Shown here: positions 43,760 to 52,764 of the stretch, in pieces
How positions within the stretch are numbered: the stretch's first letter is position 1
How the letters are laid out: each line of letters starts with the position of its first letter
DNA from: a virus
Lineage: Duplodnaviria; Caudoviricetes
Direction: 5' to 3' (one strand)
Virus record (IMG/VR): IMGVR_UViG_3300012924_000002
Span: 1 to 61,468 of that record
DNA length: 61,468 nt
Program-made: the position numbers and the translations under genes
The notes under the pieces: model-generated
The model's input: the letters and a program-made list of their open reading frames with translations, nothing else
Database searches by the model: none
Told to the model about the DNA's origin: nothing

Positions 43760-46159
43760 GTGGACGTGAGCACTGACCAGAACTACGTGGGCGGCGGCGG
43801 CCGTGGTAGCGGCCGGATGGGCTACCAGCATGAGCAAATGCACGAGCGCCGGATCCCGGTGCGCGACCGTTTCGTGCCGTTCCTGGCACCCTTCCTGATG
43901 ACGTTCGTCGTCGTGCCCGGGGTCGAGCTGATCTCCTGGGGGTTCTGCAAGCTCTGGGTCGGCTACCTGGGGATGGTGGTCATCGGCTGGTGCGTTACGG
44001 GCAGCCTTGTCGCTGTGGTCTCCTACGGCATCGGCCGCAACGTCAGCAAGCGAGTCCCGTGGGTGTACGTCCACGTCACGATCACCAGCCTCGCGTGGGG
44101 CTACGCATCGGCGTTCACGACCGCGTACGGCCTGTGGACGACACCCCCGTGGCTTGTCGTACACGCGTTCGGTTCGCTTCTGTTCGCACTGTCGTGGGTG
44201 CTGTACCGCATCGATTCGCTTCGCAGTGCGGCTGCGAACAACGATGCGAAGAACTACTGGGGCGAAGTGATCGGGCTTCGCAGTTCGCATCCGCGAAAGA
44301 TCACGCCGACGCCGACGGGGATCGAGATCGAGATCGACCACGGGCCGGGCGAAACGCGAAGCGACGTGCAGGCCGCTGCGAAAAAGCTGGAGTCGGCGAT
44401 GGACGCTGTCGCGGGGCGAACGACCGTGACGGACGTTGCTTCGGGTCGGGCCGGATCTTCGCTCGTTCGCCTCTCGCTGGTCGACGTGTTTCGCGACTGG
44501 TGGGAGGACCCGGGTCCTTCGCATCCGGGCATGTCGTTCGCATACCCGCTTCGCACCGGGTACTACGAGACCGGCGAATGGGAGTGGTTTTCGTTCGCAT
44601 CCTCGCTTCGCTCCCCGCACACCGATTTCGCATCGGAGATGGACACGTTCCTGGGCGCGGCCGGCACGACCGGGTCCGGAAAGTCCGGCGGGATCAACAA
44701 CACTGCCCGGGAGGCACTGACCCGCTGCGACGCGATCGTGTGCTGGCTGGACCGGGCGAAGATCGAACAGAACGCCGGGTGGTGCCTCGACATGCTTGGC
44801 ATGGCAGGCAACGACAGCTCGGCCAAAGCGTTCACGCTGGCGCTGCGCAAGCTCGCCGAGTACCGGGTGAAACTGTTCGGCCAGGTGGCCCTGTCCGCCG
44901 CGCTCGGGACCGACCTCGACAGTGAGCAGGGGCGTAAGTGGACCGCCGAGCTTGCCCAGCAAACCGGTGAGGCCGCCGTCCTGGTGATCGTCGATGAGGC
45001 GGACACCGCGATCCAGGGAACCAACTGGGAGTGGCTGTCCGCCCGCGGCCGGTCGCTGGGGATCTTCCTTCTCGCGGCGACCCCCCGGGCGTCCGCCGCG
45101 GAGGTGCCGGCCCTGGTGCGGGGTTCGATCGGCGCGTGGAAGACGTACGCGATCGGCGACAACTACAGCGACGGCTTCACCCTGTCGGCGGAGACGATGG
45201 ACGCTGGTGCTGACCCGAAGCGTCTGCGTTCGCCGGGGTTGCACTACCTGGACCGGGCGCCGGGTGTTGACCTGCGCCACTGCGCGACCCTGGCCCGGGA
45301 GTTCCGGACGTCCCCCGGTCGGCTACGCGCGTCCGTATTGAAATACAGGGGGGTCACGTTCCAGCCGATGGGTTTCAGTCGGGGTGCGATCGACGCCATG
45401 GGCGACTCGTATCGGCAGTGCAACCCGGCCCGGCTGCTGCCCGGCTGGCAGCCACCCGCGCGCGACGATGAGCTACCCGAGCATGGGCGGCGCACGCAGG
45501 TCGGCCCGGACTTCGTTCAGCGGGTGCTGACCGCGGTTGTCGACGGGTCCGTGGCGAGCACCCCCGACGAGATGGCGGAAGCCCGTCGGATCTTGACGAG
45601 CAACGGAGTGCAGCTCCCCGCGCCGCAGGCAGGGCCGGGCGGCAACATGACTTCCACCGACCGACTCGGTCCGGTGGGCGACCAAGATGATCAGGAGGAT
45701 GACGAGGACATGCGAGCCACCGCACAGGGAACTGACGAGGAGGCCGGGATCGCCCGGCCTATCGACCCGCGGAGCCTGCTGGACGATGACCAGTGGGACG
45801 ACTTCCAGCAGGCGAACCCGTCGATGGAACTGCCGGTCCGCGACGGCCCGGAGATGACGTTCGAGCACGCGAAGCCGGTCTGGGAGTCCGACGCCGTGGA
45901 GCGGGAGCTGGACCACGTGATCGTGCTGTTCAAGCGGACCGGCAAGACGACGTTCACCAACTCGGACGTGTTGGAGGCGATGCGGTGCTACTTCGACCCG
46001 TCGACCTGTTCCCGCCGACTGGAGGCCCTGTCGACGGGCTCCCGTACCGCGCCGGGCGGCTTGGGCGTGACCCGGACAGGCCGCGGTGAGTTCGAGATCT
46101 TGGGCGAACTCGACGAGTCGTACCAGCGCCCCCGTCCGCACCGCCCCGAAGGGAACTGA
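43760..46159 (+). CDS. traB: TraB-like FtsK/SpoIIIE conjugal DNA translocase
   Basis: N-terminal TM helices, AGTTGSGKS Walker A, VIVDEAD Walker B, RGRSLGI.L..AT.R, C-terminal wHTH. Confidence 0.8.
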   Translation: MDVSTDQNYVGGGGRGSGRMGYQHEQMHERRIPVRDRFVPFLAPFLMTFVVVPGVELISWGFCKLWVGYLGMVVIGWCVTGSLVAVVSYGIGRNVSKRVPWVYVHVTITSLAWGYASAFTTAYGLWTTPPWLVVHAFGSLLFALSWVLYRIDSLRSAAANNDAKNYWGEVIGLRSSHPRKITPTPTGIEIEIDHGPGETRSDVQAAAKKLESAMDAVAGRTTVTDVASGRAGSSLVRLSLVDVFRDWWEDPGPSHPGMSFAYPLRTGYYETGEWEWFSFASSLRSPHTDFASEMDTFLGAAGTTGSGKSGGINNTAREALTRCDAIVCWLDRAKIEQNAGWCLDMLGMAGNDSSAKAFTLALRKLAEYRVKLFGQVALSAALGTDLDSEQGRKWTAELAQQTGEAAVLVIVDEADTAIQGTNWEWLSARGRSLGIFLLAATPRASAAEVPALVRGSIGAWKTYAIGDNYSDGFTLSAETMDAGADPKRLRSPGLHYLDRAPGVDLRHCATLAREFRTSPGRLRASVLKYRGVTFQPMGFSRGAIDAMGDSYRQCNPARLLPGWQPPARDDELPEHGRRTQVGPDFVQRVLTAVVDGSVASTPDEMAEARRILTSNGVQLPAPQAGPGGNMTSTDRLGPVGDQDDQEDDEDMRATAQGTDEEAGIARPIDPRSLLDDDQWDDFQQANPSMELPVRDGPEMTFEHAKPVWESDAVERELDHVIVLFKRTGKTTFTNSDVLEAMRCYFDPSTCSRRLEALSTGSRTAPGGLGVTRTGRGEFEILGELDESYQRPRPHRPEGN
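44165..44635. repeat. Dense TTCGC/GCGAA motif array 2, inside traB
   Basis: About 24 copies by hand count in ~470 bp. Confidence 0.8.
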
Positions 46160-46161
46160 TC

Positions 46162-46593
46162 ATGGCTACGAGCAACACAGCAGCGGCAGGCGCCGGTCCC
46201 ATCCTCATCTTCCCCCCGAAGACGATCGTCATCAGGGGCGACGTCTCGGCGACCGAATGGTGCAACGCCGGCCGCGCCCAGTTCGACGGGTTCGCCCGTT
46301 GGATGGACAGCTACACCGCGGCGCTGGCCGCGGACCTGGCCGAGATGATGCGTAACGAGGGCATCGACGGGCAGACCTCCATCGGCCCGATCTCGTGGGG
46401 GTCGTCGGCGCGCGCCGCCGCCGCGAAAGCGACGAAGCCGTTGAGAGCGATCGCGTCGGAAGCGTCGAACATGGCCCGCATGTTCACCGTCGCCGACAAG
46501 CAGATGCAGGCGCAGGTGTTCGAGGTGATCCGGCAGGTGCGGGCGGCGCGTGAGCGTCAGCAGCGCGGCTCCGGGCTGTCGATCGGCGCGTGA
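46162..46593 (+). CDS. Helical transfer-accessory (TraA-like) protein
   Basis: Directly after traB; all-alpha; family assignment from context. Confidence 0.5.
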   Translation: MATSNTAAAGAGPILIFPPKTIVIRGDVSATEWCNAGRAQFDGFARWMDSYTAALAADLAEMMRNEGIDGQTSIGPISWGSSARAAAAKATKPLRAIASEASNMARMFTVADKQMQAQVFEVIRQVRAARERQQRGSGLSIGA

Positions 46594-46597
46594 CCTC

Positions 46598-46789
46598 ATG
46601 CATCCGAAGGACGAACGGCTGATGACTCCGGGCGAGGTTGCCGCACTGTTTCGGGTGGACCCGAAGACGGTGACTCGGTGGGCGAAGGTCGGGCGGATCG
46701 GCTCCATCCGCACACCGGGCGGTCATCGCCGGTTCCGCGAGTCAGAGGTTCGGGCGCTTCTCAAGGCGCCCGGTACCGACACCGAGTAA
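46598..46789 (+). CDS. bldC: BldC-family (MerR/Xis-like) DNA-binding protein
   Basis: LMTPGEVAALFRVDPKTVTRWAK.G.I.SIRT.GGHRRFRESEVRALL, very close to the BldC consensus. Confidence 0.9.
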   Translation: MHPKDERLMTPGEVAALFRVDPKTVTRWAKVGRIGSIRTPGGHRRFRESEVRALLKAPGTDTE

Positions 46790-46807
46790 AAGGAGAGGGG
46801 ACGGACG

Positions 46808-47191
46808 ATGCCGGGCCTGAGCCGTGCAGAGAAACGTCGCGAACTGGAGCGCAGTGCGTACCGGCATTACGGCCGTAAGTACGCCGCGCTGATCGTGTTC
46901 GGTCCGTGGCTGTCGAAGCTCGCCCTGTGGGCCGGGCTGATCGGCCTGGCGTACCTGGGTTGGGTGAAGATCCCGCATTGGGTGTTGGGTTCGCTGGCGC
47001 TAGCGCTGGCCGCCGGCGGGGCGGCGGCGCTAGCCGTCCCAGCCCTGTCGGCGCTGTCGTCGAGGCGGCGCATGCTCGCGAAGGCCATCGGGGGCGCGCC
47101 CGGCCGCCTGCAGCTGGGTTGGGCCTACGCGACCCTGATGGTGGTCGGTTCCGGGATGGCCTGGCTTGCCCTGTGGAGCCCGTTCTCATGA
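46808..47191 (+). CDS. Membrane protein (Spd-like by context)
   Basis: 3 TM helices; AAGGAG upstream. Confidence 0.6.
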   Translation: MPGLSRAEKRRELERSAYRHYGRKYAALIVFGPWLSKLALWAGLIGLAYLGWVKIPHWVLGSLALALAAGGAAALAVPALSALSSRRRMLAKAIGGAPGRLQLGWAYATLMVVGSGMAWLALWSPFS

Positions 47192-47532
47192 CGCCACAAG
47201 CCTGCGGCGCATCCCTGCCGGATATCCTGGATGCGGGATGGAAATGCACGGGTAGGGGACTGATCGTCGTGTACGTACTTCCCCGGATCAACCTTCCCGT
47301 AGTCCTGCCGGCCCGCGCTCTGGACGTGATCGAACCTGAGCCGTGGTGGGATCTGCCAGTCGAGCGGTTCACGGGTGGCGACCATGCGCACCTCGTCGTG
47401 CCGCGCCGGCCGCCCCCGTTCGAAGGCGACACGCCCGTGATCATCGGCGACGCCGTGCAGTCCTGGAGATATGTCGGCCAGGTGGACGGAAAAGGCCAGC
47501 TGTGGCAATGGCAGGGGGGAACCTCGTCATGA
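47188..47532 (+). CDS. Hypothetical protein
   Basis: ATGA overlaps at both ends. Confidence 0.6.
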   Translation: MTPQACGASLPDILDAGWKCTGRGLIVVYVLPRINLPVVLPARALDVIEPEPWWDLPVERFTGGDHAHLVVPRRPPPFEGDTPVIIGDAVQSWRYVGQVDGKGQLWQWQGGTSS

Positions 47533-47915
47533 TCGGGCCTGCGCTGTTCATCATCCTCGCGTTCGTCGCCAGCCTGACACTGCTCGCGATCGCGCGTACG
47601 CTCACGGCCCCGCGCCCGGTTGCCGTGGTGCACCCGGGCGCCCGCCGACCCTGCGCCACCTACGAGATCGACCTGACCGACGGCCGCAGGTACATCGGGT
47701 ACGGCTTCAACCCGCACCAGCGGATCATGCAATCGCACCGACGAGCCACGTGGTTCAAGCTGACCGTGACCGCGCAACGCACCGAGGAGCCGGACCGGGT
47801 CGACTGGTACGACACGGAGGAACTTGCGCATGCGGAGGAGATCCGCCGGATCCGGTCGGCAAAGCCTGGCACCCTCGTCAACAAGGTTCTTTACAAGAGC
47901 GGAGCCGCGCAATGA
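47529..47915 (+). CDS. TM-anchored GIY-YIG-like nuclease
   Basis: ATY...RYIGY..NP.QR...H...E.A.AEE...I...N. Confidence 0.65.
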   Translation: MIGPALFIILAFVASLTLLAIARTLTAPRPVAVVHPGARRPCATYEIDLTDGRRYIGYGFNPHQRIMQSHRRATWFKLTVTAQRTEEPDRVDWYDTEELAHAEEIRRIRSAKPGTLVNKVLYKSGAAQ

Positions 47916-48271
47916 TCGAGGACCCCTTCGAGACCGACACCGACTGGCTTGCCCGTCATGGCGCGCTCATCCGTGAAGCCACCGAAAGCCACCTCGACGA
48001 GGAATGGATTACGCGGGCACGAGACGAGACGACCACCGGCCTGCCGCAGCTTGGTGGAAGCCGCCGGGATGCCCACTACTGGGGGCGTTGGCTGTTGACG
48101 GTGGCTTCCGTGATCGGTCGCGCCTACCTGCAGTGCATGATCCAGCCCGTGGAGGACACCCTGTTGGGAATTCGGAAGGGGCTGCAGACCGCGATGCGTC
48201 ACCCGATCATCGTCGCTCTGCTGACCCTCGTCGTGCTGTTCGCGGTCGGTTTCGCTGCCGCCCGGTTGTAA
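47912..48271 (+). CDS. Membrane protein
   Basis: ATGA overlap; C-terminal TM. Confidence 0.6.
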   Translation: MIEDPFETDTDWLARHGALIREATESHLDEEWITRARDETTTGLPQLGGSRRDAHYWGRWLLTVASVIGRAYLQCMIQPVEDTLLGIRKGLQTAMRHPIIVALLTLVVLFAVGFAAARL

Positions 48272-48281
48272 CATTCGACGC

Positions 48282-48638
48282 GTGACTGCCGACTTGAGTA
48301 CTCAGAGCGCCGCGGACCGTTTGGTCGCGGCGCTCGCCATACCTGGCGCGACGTTCACGGGCGAGCAGCTCGTCTGGTTCATCGCGCAGGATCGCCGCTG
48401 GATGCGCGGGTCGGACCCGGACCCGCTGAGCTACGCGGCCGGTTACCAGGCTGGCTACCGCGCCCGGTTGGCCGAGGAGAATGAGGAGTATCGCCAAGCG
48501 ACCGAGGCTCACCGCACGCATGGGGGCGAGGCGATCCGGTGGATGGACAAAGTTGACGCCCGGCGGCGCGCTGACGCTGACGCCCGTCGGCGCCGCCTAG
48601 GCGATCATGCGGGCGGTCCTGTGGAGACCTGGGAGTGA
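48282..48638 (+). CDS. Hypothetical protein
   Basis: Continues the operon. Confidence 0.6.
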   Translation: MTADLSTQSAADRLVAALAIPGATFTGEQLVWFIAQDRRWMRGSDPDPLSYAAGYQAGYRARLAEENEEYRQATEAHRTHGGEAIRWMDKVDARRRADADARRRRLGDHAGGPVETWE

Positions 48639-48841
48639 AAGCGGGCCGCCGACCCTCCCGTGGGGGGCACAGGGGGGCCGGCGTTCCGGACAGCGCCACG
48701 GGGGTAGCGCCCGCCCGCATATCACCATCCTAGGTGCCAAGCTCAGTTGCCACGTCGGGGGCTCGCGCCAACGATGTCCCTCTTGCTGTTTGCACGACTG
48801 GCTTTTAGGTGCCGCTTCGGCTGCCGCCCTCCGGGAACAGG

Positions 48842-48864
48842 ATTCCCGCGCCACGCGTTACACT
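48842..48864 (+). promoter_or_regulatory. 21-bp motif with -10-like TACACT
   Basis: ATTCCCGCGCCACGCGTTACA-CT. Confidence 0.6.
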
Positions 48865-48930
48865 TGGCGTACATCCCCCTCACTGCCAGATGAAGGCCGA
48901 CCCCTGGCCCGATCCTGAGAGGAGAACGTC

Positions 48931-49224
48931 ATGTTCGCCATGCCTGACGGGCCGGACCTGACAGCCCACATCCGGCACTGCAACTCGTGCAGCGCGGCAA
49001 TCATCTGGGCTCGCACAATCCACGGCCGCGCGATGCCCATCGATGCCTACCCTTCCTACGCGGGAAACATCATGTTGGAGTTGCGCCAGGGCTTCGTCCG
49101 GGCGACGGTCCTCACCGCGGAGGCCGCAGCCGCAGCGTTCAGTACGGATCCGAACGATGAGCAGCAGCTACGAACCTCCCACTTCGTCACCTGCCCCGAC
49201 GCCGACGGGTGGAGGCACCGCTGA
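48931..49224 (+). CDS. Zn-binding phage protein
   Basis: C.SC.A.IIWA.T..G..MPID...GN...SHF.TCP.A. Confidence 0.7.
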   Translation: MFAMPDGPDLTAHIRHCNSCSAAIIWARTIHGRAMPIDAYPSYAGNIMLELRQGFVRATVLTAEAAAAAFSTDPNDEQQLRTSHFVTCPDADGWRHR

Positions 49225-49436
49225 TGGCCCTCCGGGAATGGTGTGCCGACGAGGGGAAGATCAGCTACCCGACCGCAGACGACGCCTGGAGGGCGCTCGC
49301 CTGGATGGGCAAACGCCAGCGCGAGCGGAAGGGCTCCGCCTACCGCTGCCCAAAGTGCCAGGGATGGCACCTGACTAGTAAACCGAAAAGCGCACGAGAC
49401 GAGATGCGCCACGCCTGGAGGAGGTTCAGTCGATGA
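49224..49436 (+). CDS. Small Zn-ribbon protein
   Basis: C...GK..Y...AYRCP.C.GWHLTS. Confidence 0.7.
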   Translation: MALREWCADEGKISYPTADDAWRALAWMGKRQRERKGSAYRCPKCQGWHLTSKPKSARDEMRHAWRRFSR

Positions 49437-49660
49437 ATGTGGAGCATGGACCGGCCAGCACGATGCACCACCTAAGGGAGAGTGGAGCGCGGGCCGAACG
49501 GGGTCGGCTGGCACTGCTGGAAGGTCTCGGAGAGATCGAGGGCGCTCTTGATCTGCATGCCCTCGCGGTCTTGCTCGACCGCGAAGTGCCGCCGCTTGAC
49601 GAGGTGATGCGCAAGGCGATCAGCCGGGCGCACGAAGCCCACCGCCGGGCCTGGAAGTAG
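49433..49660 (+). CDS. Hypothetical protein
   Basis: GGAGG RBS; ATGA overlap. Confidence 0.55.
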   Translation: MNVEHGPASTMHHLRESGARAERGRLALLEGLGEIEGALDLHALAVLLDREVPPLDEVMRKAISRAHEAHRRAWK

Positions 49661-49671
49661 GGGCAGTCGGG

Positions 49672-50271
49672 ATGAGCCGTAACCAGTGGGCTTTCGGTGA
49701 GCGTTCCCGCTACGGCAAGCACACCCCGCCGGGTGTCATCCGCGGTGTCCGCCGCGGCGTGGAGTGGAACGGGGCGCTGAGCTATAACGGGCACCGACAC
49801 GTTCCCCAGCATCTGCGCAAGCTGATCCTCGACTTCGTGGGTAGTTTGACCCGGCCAACGACCGCCCGCGAAATCACCGTCGTCTTGGGCGGCTACTCGA
49901 ACAAGCACATCGCCCGCGTGTTGTCCTGGATGTACGCGGATGGCGACCTGGCCCGTTCCGGTCAGTGGGCCTCGTATCTGTGGACGCTCCCGTCGTACAT
50001 TCCGGCGGAGGAGCCCTCCCGGCCGTGTTCGAAGTGCCGGGAAGTGAAGCCTGCGGATCATTTCGGTCGAGACCGTGCGCAGGCCACGGGCAGGGCCAGC
50101 CAGTGCCGCCAGTGCCGCAGTCCGAAAGCGGACAAAGACCAGGTCCGGACCTACCCGGACCGCCAGACCAGCCAGGGAAGGGGGTGTAGTGGACAATGTC
50201 CGGTTCCGTCAAAAGCGGTGAGATCGTCTGGGACTTCGCCCAGAAAGAACTCATCTGGTACTGACAGCTGA
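49672..50271 (+). CDS. wHTH plus Zn-finger protein
   Basis: TAREI...IARVL..M...GDL; CSKC...F...CRQC. Confidence 0.6.
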   Translation: MSRNQWAFGERSRYGKHTPPGVIRGVRRGVEWNGALSYNGHRHVPQHLRKLILDFVGSLTRPTTAREITVVLGGYSNKHIARVLSWMYADGDLARSGQWASYLWTLPSYIPAEEPSRPCSKCREVKPADHFGRDRAQATGRASQCRQCRSPKADKDQVRTYPDRQTSQGRGCSGQCPVPSKAVRSSGTSPRKNSSGTDS

Positions 50272-50276
50272 CGAAC

Positions 50277-50317
50277 GCACGGAACCCTCGGCAAGAGCGC
50301 TGCCGAGGGTTCCGTGC
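50277..50317. terminator. Bidirectional hairpin terminator
   Basis: 17-bp perfect stem between convergent operons. Confidence 0.8.
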
Positions 50318-50342
50318 CGTAAGGAATCAGGCAGTTGTCAGG

Positions 50343-50711
50343 CTAGTTGACACGCCGGCCGTTGACTACGGCACCGGAGTGAATGTCTGCGGCCGGCGAG
50401 ACCTGCCCATGCGTGAACAGTGCGAGCACCGCCAGCAGCGCCGTGGAGAACGCGGACACGTTGCCCTGGCTGAGGTGCAGCCCGTACGCCCCGGCGAGCG
50501 CGGCCAGAGCGGACACGGCATACGTCCACACCTGCGGCGCGATCGGACGTGTCTTCCAGGATGCGATCACGAGCGCGACAGCGTTGACGGCGGCAACCCA
50601 CCAGGCCGCCTCGGCGGGGGTGAGTGAGTGCCAGCCGAACCCGGCCACCCAGTCCAGGACACCTGCGAGCGCGGCGAGCCCGAGAGTCCATTGCGCGGTT
50701 AGCTTGCCCAT
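50343..50711 (-). CDS. Holin
   Basis: 4 TM helices, C-terminal QVSP motif, last gene of the tail operon. Confidence 0.75.
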   Translation of the reverse strand: MGKLTAQWTLGLAALAGVLDWVAGFGWHSLTPAEAAWWVAAVNAVALVIASWKTRPIAPQVWTYAVSALAALAGAYGLHLSQGNVSAFSTALLAVLALFTHGQVSPAADIHSGAVVNGRRVN

Positions 50712-50818
50712 ACTTCTCGTCTCCTTCAGCTCGCCCCGGACGGGGCGATTCGGCCGCGTTGGTTGCGGCTCTGCGTAGGCGTCAGTCTGCCGCGGAATGC
50801 CCGCGGGGAACAGGCAGC

Positions 50819-51145
50819 CTACGGCAGGGGGAACGTTCCGAGCCGGTTCCAGCCGATCGTGTCCCGCGCCGGGATCCCGGACGGAGACTCGGACCAGCTG
50901 AACCCGGTAGCGTCCACCCAGCGGACCACGGCGGTTCGGCGGTTCGGGTCCCCCTGCTCCAACACGTCGCCCAACGCGACCGTGAACTGTACGGGCGTGA
51001 CCACCCCCTGAGGCAGCGTCACCGCGGGCGACAGGAAAGTGCCGTTGTTGTCGATCACCCGCACCGTCGCTGTCACCGCAACGGAATCGATGCTGATGAT
51101 TTTCGCGGACACCTCCGCGATCATGCCTGCTACCAGAACCGTCAT
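50819..51145 (-). CDS. Minor tail-region protein
   Basis: Follows the tail tip gene. Confidence 0.6.
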   Translation of the reverse strand: MTVLVAGMIAEVSAKIISIDSVAVTATVRVIDNNGTFLSPAVTLPQGVVTPVQFTVALGDVLEQGDPNRRTAVVRWVDATGFSWSESPSGIPARDTIGWNRLGTFPLP

Positions 51146-51147
51146 GG

Positions 51148-52764
51148 CTATCGCTTTCTCGTGATACGTCGTTTGGACAGGTCGGCGATCGCCCTGGACA
51201 CCGTCAGCGGGTACGAGTCGAGTTCCAGTGAGACAACCCCAGAGCCGGCGTTGTACTCCGCCGCCGCGATCTTGAACACGGTGATGCCGTCCCGTGCGGT
51301 CGCGTTCAACGCGTCGATACGGGGCATGACGCTGCGCACCCTGATCAGGTGTCCGGGCCTGACCTCCCACGGCATGACGTAGCGGCCGCGGTCCAGGTCG
51401 AGGATGGGGCGGGCGATCGTCAGGGTGCCCTGGTTGACGGGGGTCTGGTGCTCGGCCAGGAACTGAGTTCCCGCCTGCGTCGCGTTCGCTGCGCTACCGA
51501 CTTCGTCTGACAGGTCGATGTACGCCTCACGGATCAGCCCGATGTCGTCGAGCGCGGGGACCGCCTGCGTGAGGTAGGTCGTGTGGCCCACGCCGACGCT
51601 GTTGCGCCAGCGCACAGACACGCGGTTGTAGAGCTCGCTCGCCGAGGAGGGGGAACTGAACCCGTCCGCAGCGGACGCCTCATACCTGACTTCGCTAGGC
51701 CACGACGTCCACTCGAAGCGGTGCAGGCCGTTGCTGTTCCGCTCCCAGGCCGCCCATGTGTAGGCCGGTTCGAGGGTCATCAGGTCGGCGAAGATCGCCG
51801 ACGCTGTGGTCCCGTCCGGGTAGGACAGCTGGTCGATGGCCGCAAGCGTCGTCTCAACACTGGCGTTCGGTCCGTCGAACAGCGGCAAGAGCCGGCCGAG
51901 TACGTCCTTGACCACGTCCGACCCGAGGATCGTGTCAGTGGTGTACCCGGAGGTGATGTCGGTGCCGCCGGCGTCCTTCAGTAGGCCGCGTACGACCGGG
52001 GTGAACTGGACCCAAATGGTGTCATTGGTGGCGGTGAAATCCGACACGTTGCGGGCAAACCGGAGTCGGACCGTGTCGTGTCCGGCCGTGATCGCATTGG
52101 TCCCGCCCCGGGCGCCGGTGAGCGCACCCGGCGTGAGTGAGGCGGCATCGGTGTCCACGGCCACCGTCGCGCCGACCCCCAGCGAGGTGCCCAGCCGGAA
52201 CTCGAAGTTCGAGCTGGCCATTCCAGCAACCCACCCGATGGTGACCCGGGCGAGCTGCTGTCCCGTGTATTCGACCTGGTGGTAGACGCTTAACCCTGCG
52301 AGGCCGGCCTGGAAGGTCGTGCCGTTCGTCAGCGACATCTGGATTGCCTGGTTGTCGTTGCTCGACACGTTCACCGAGGTTGTCGAGCCGGGAGGCCCAC
52401 CGGTGGACCACCCGTCCAGGCCGGTGTCCACGTAGACGATCGCCATGTTGCGGTCGAGCGCGTGCGCCGCTGGCCCAGTCGCGGTGAGCTGCCAGATTTC
52501 TCCAGCGTCTCCCGCCGTGCGGCCGGCGTCGTCCAGGCGCCCCTCCCACGCCGTGGAGCCGTCCCGCCGGTCGTAGACGTACACCTCGCCGAACTGGTCG
52601 ATCTCGTCGGGCTGCAACGCCAGCGGCCGGGACAGGGTGAAGGTCGCCGACGCGAACCCGCCCGGCGCCGTCGACCGGAACGTGAGGTCGTGCAGGTCCC
52701 GGGTGACGTGCACGTCGCCCTTGGCTGTGGACAGCCGCACCGCCAGTGGCACGGTAAGCGTCAT
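51148..52764 (-). CDS. Minor tail protein (hub/Tal-like)
   Basis: L.F.ST.PGGF.SA.F.L, WEGRL; second gene after tape measure. Confidence 0.8.
   Translation of the reverse strand: MTLTVPLAVRLSTAKGDVHVTRDLHDLTFRSTAPGGFASATFTLSRPLALQPDEIDQFGEVYVYDRRDGSTAWEGRLDDAGRTAGDAGEIWQLTATGPAAHALDRNMAIVYVDTGLDGWSTGGPPGSTTSVNVSSNDNQAIQMSLTNGTTFQAGLAGLSVYHQVEYTGQQLARVTIGWVAGMASSNFEFRLGTSLGVGATVAVDTDAASLTPGALTGARGGTNAITAGHDTVRLRFARNVSDFTATNDTIWVQFTPVVRGLLKDAGGTDITSGYTTDTILGSDVVKDVLGRLLPLFDGPNASVETTLAAIDQLSYPDGTTASAIFADLMTLEPAYTWAAWERNSNGLHRFEWTSWPSEVRYEASAADGFSSPSSASELYNRVSVRWRNSVGVGHTTYLTQAVPALDDIGLIREAYIDLSDEVGSAANATQAGTQFLAEHQTPVNQGTLTIARPILDLDRGRYVMPWEVRPGHLIRVRSVMPRIDALNATARDGITVFKIAAAEYNAGSGVVSLELDSYPLTVSRAIADLSKRRITRKR

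Noticed and set aside
42575-44635. TTCGC arrays or mini tRNA-like elements as CRISPR repeats
   Set aside because: No constant-length repeat/spacer periodicity and no cas operon; the exonuclease sits beside ERF as a recombination pair.
43394-45280. 628-aa minus-strand ORF and similar long antisense ORFs (1054..2055, 16705..17718, 55685..57052)
   Set aside because: Shadow frames of well-supported genes in high-GC DNA, with no recognisable motifs.
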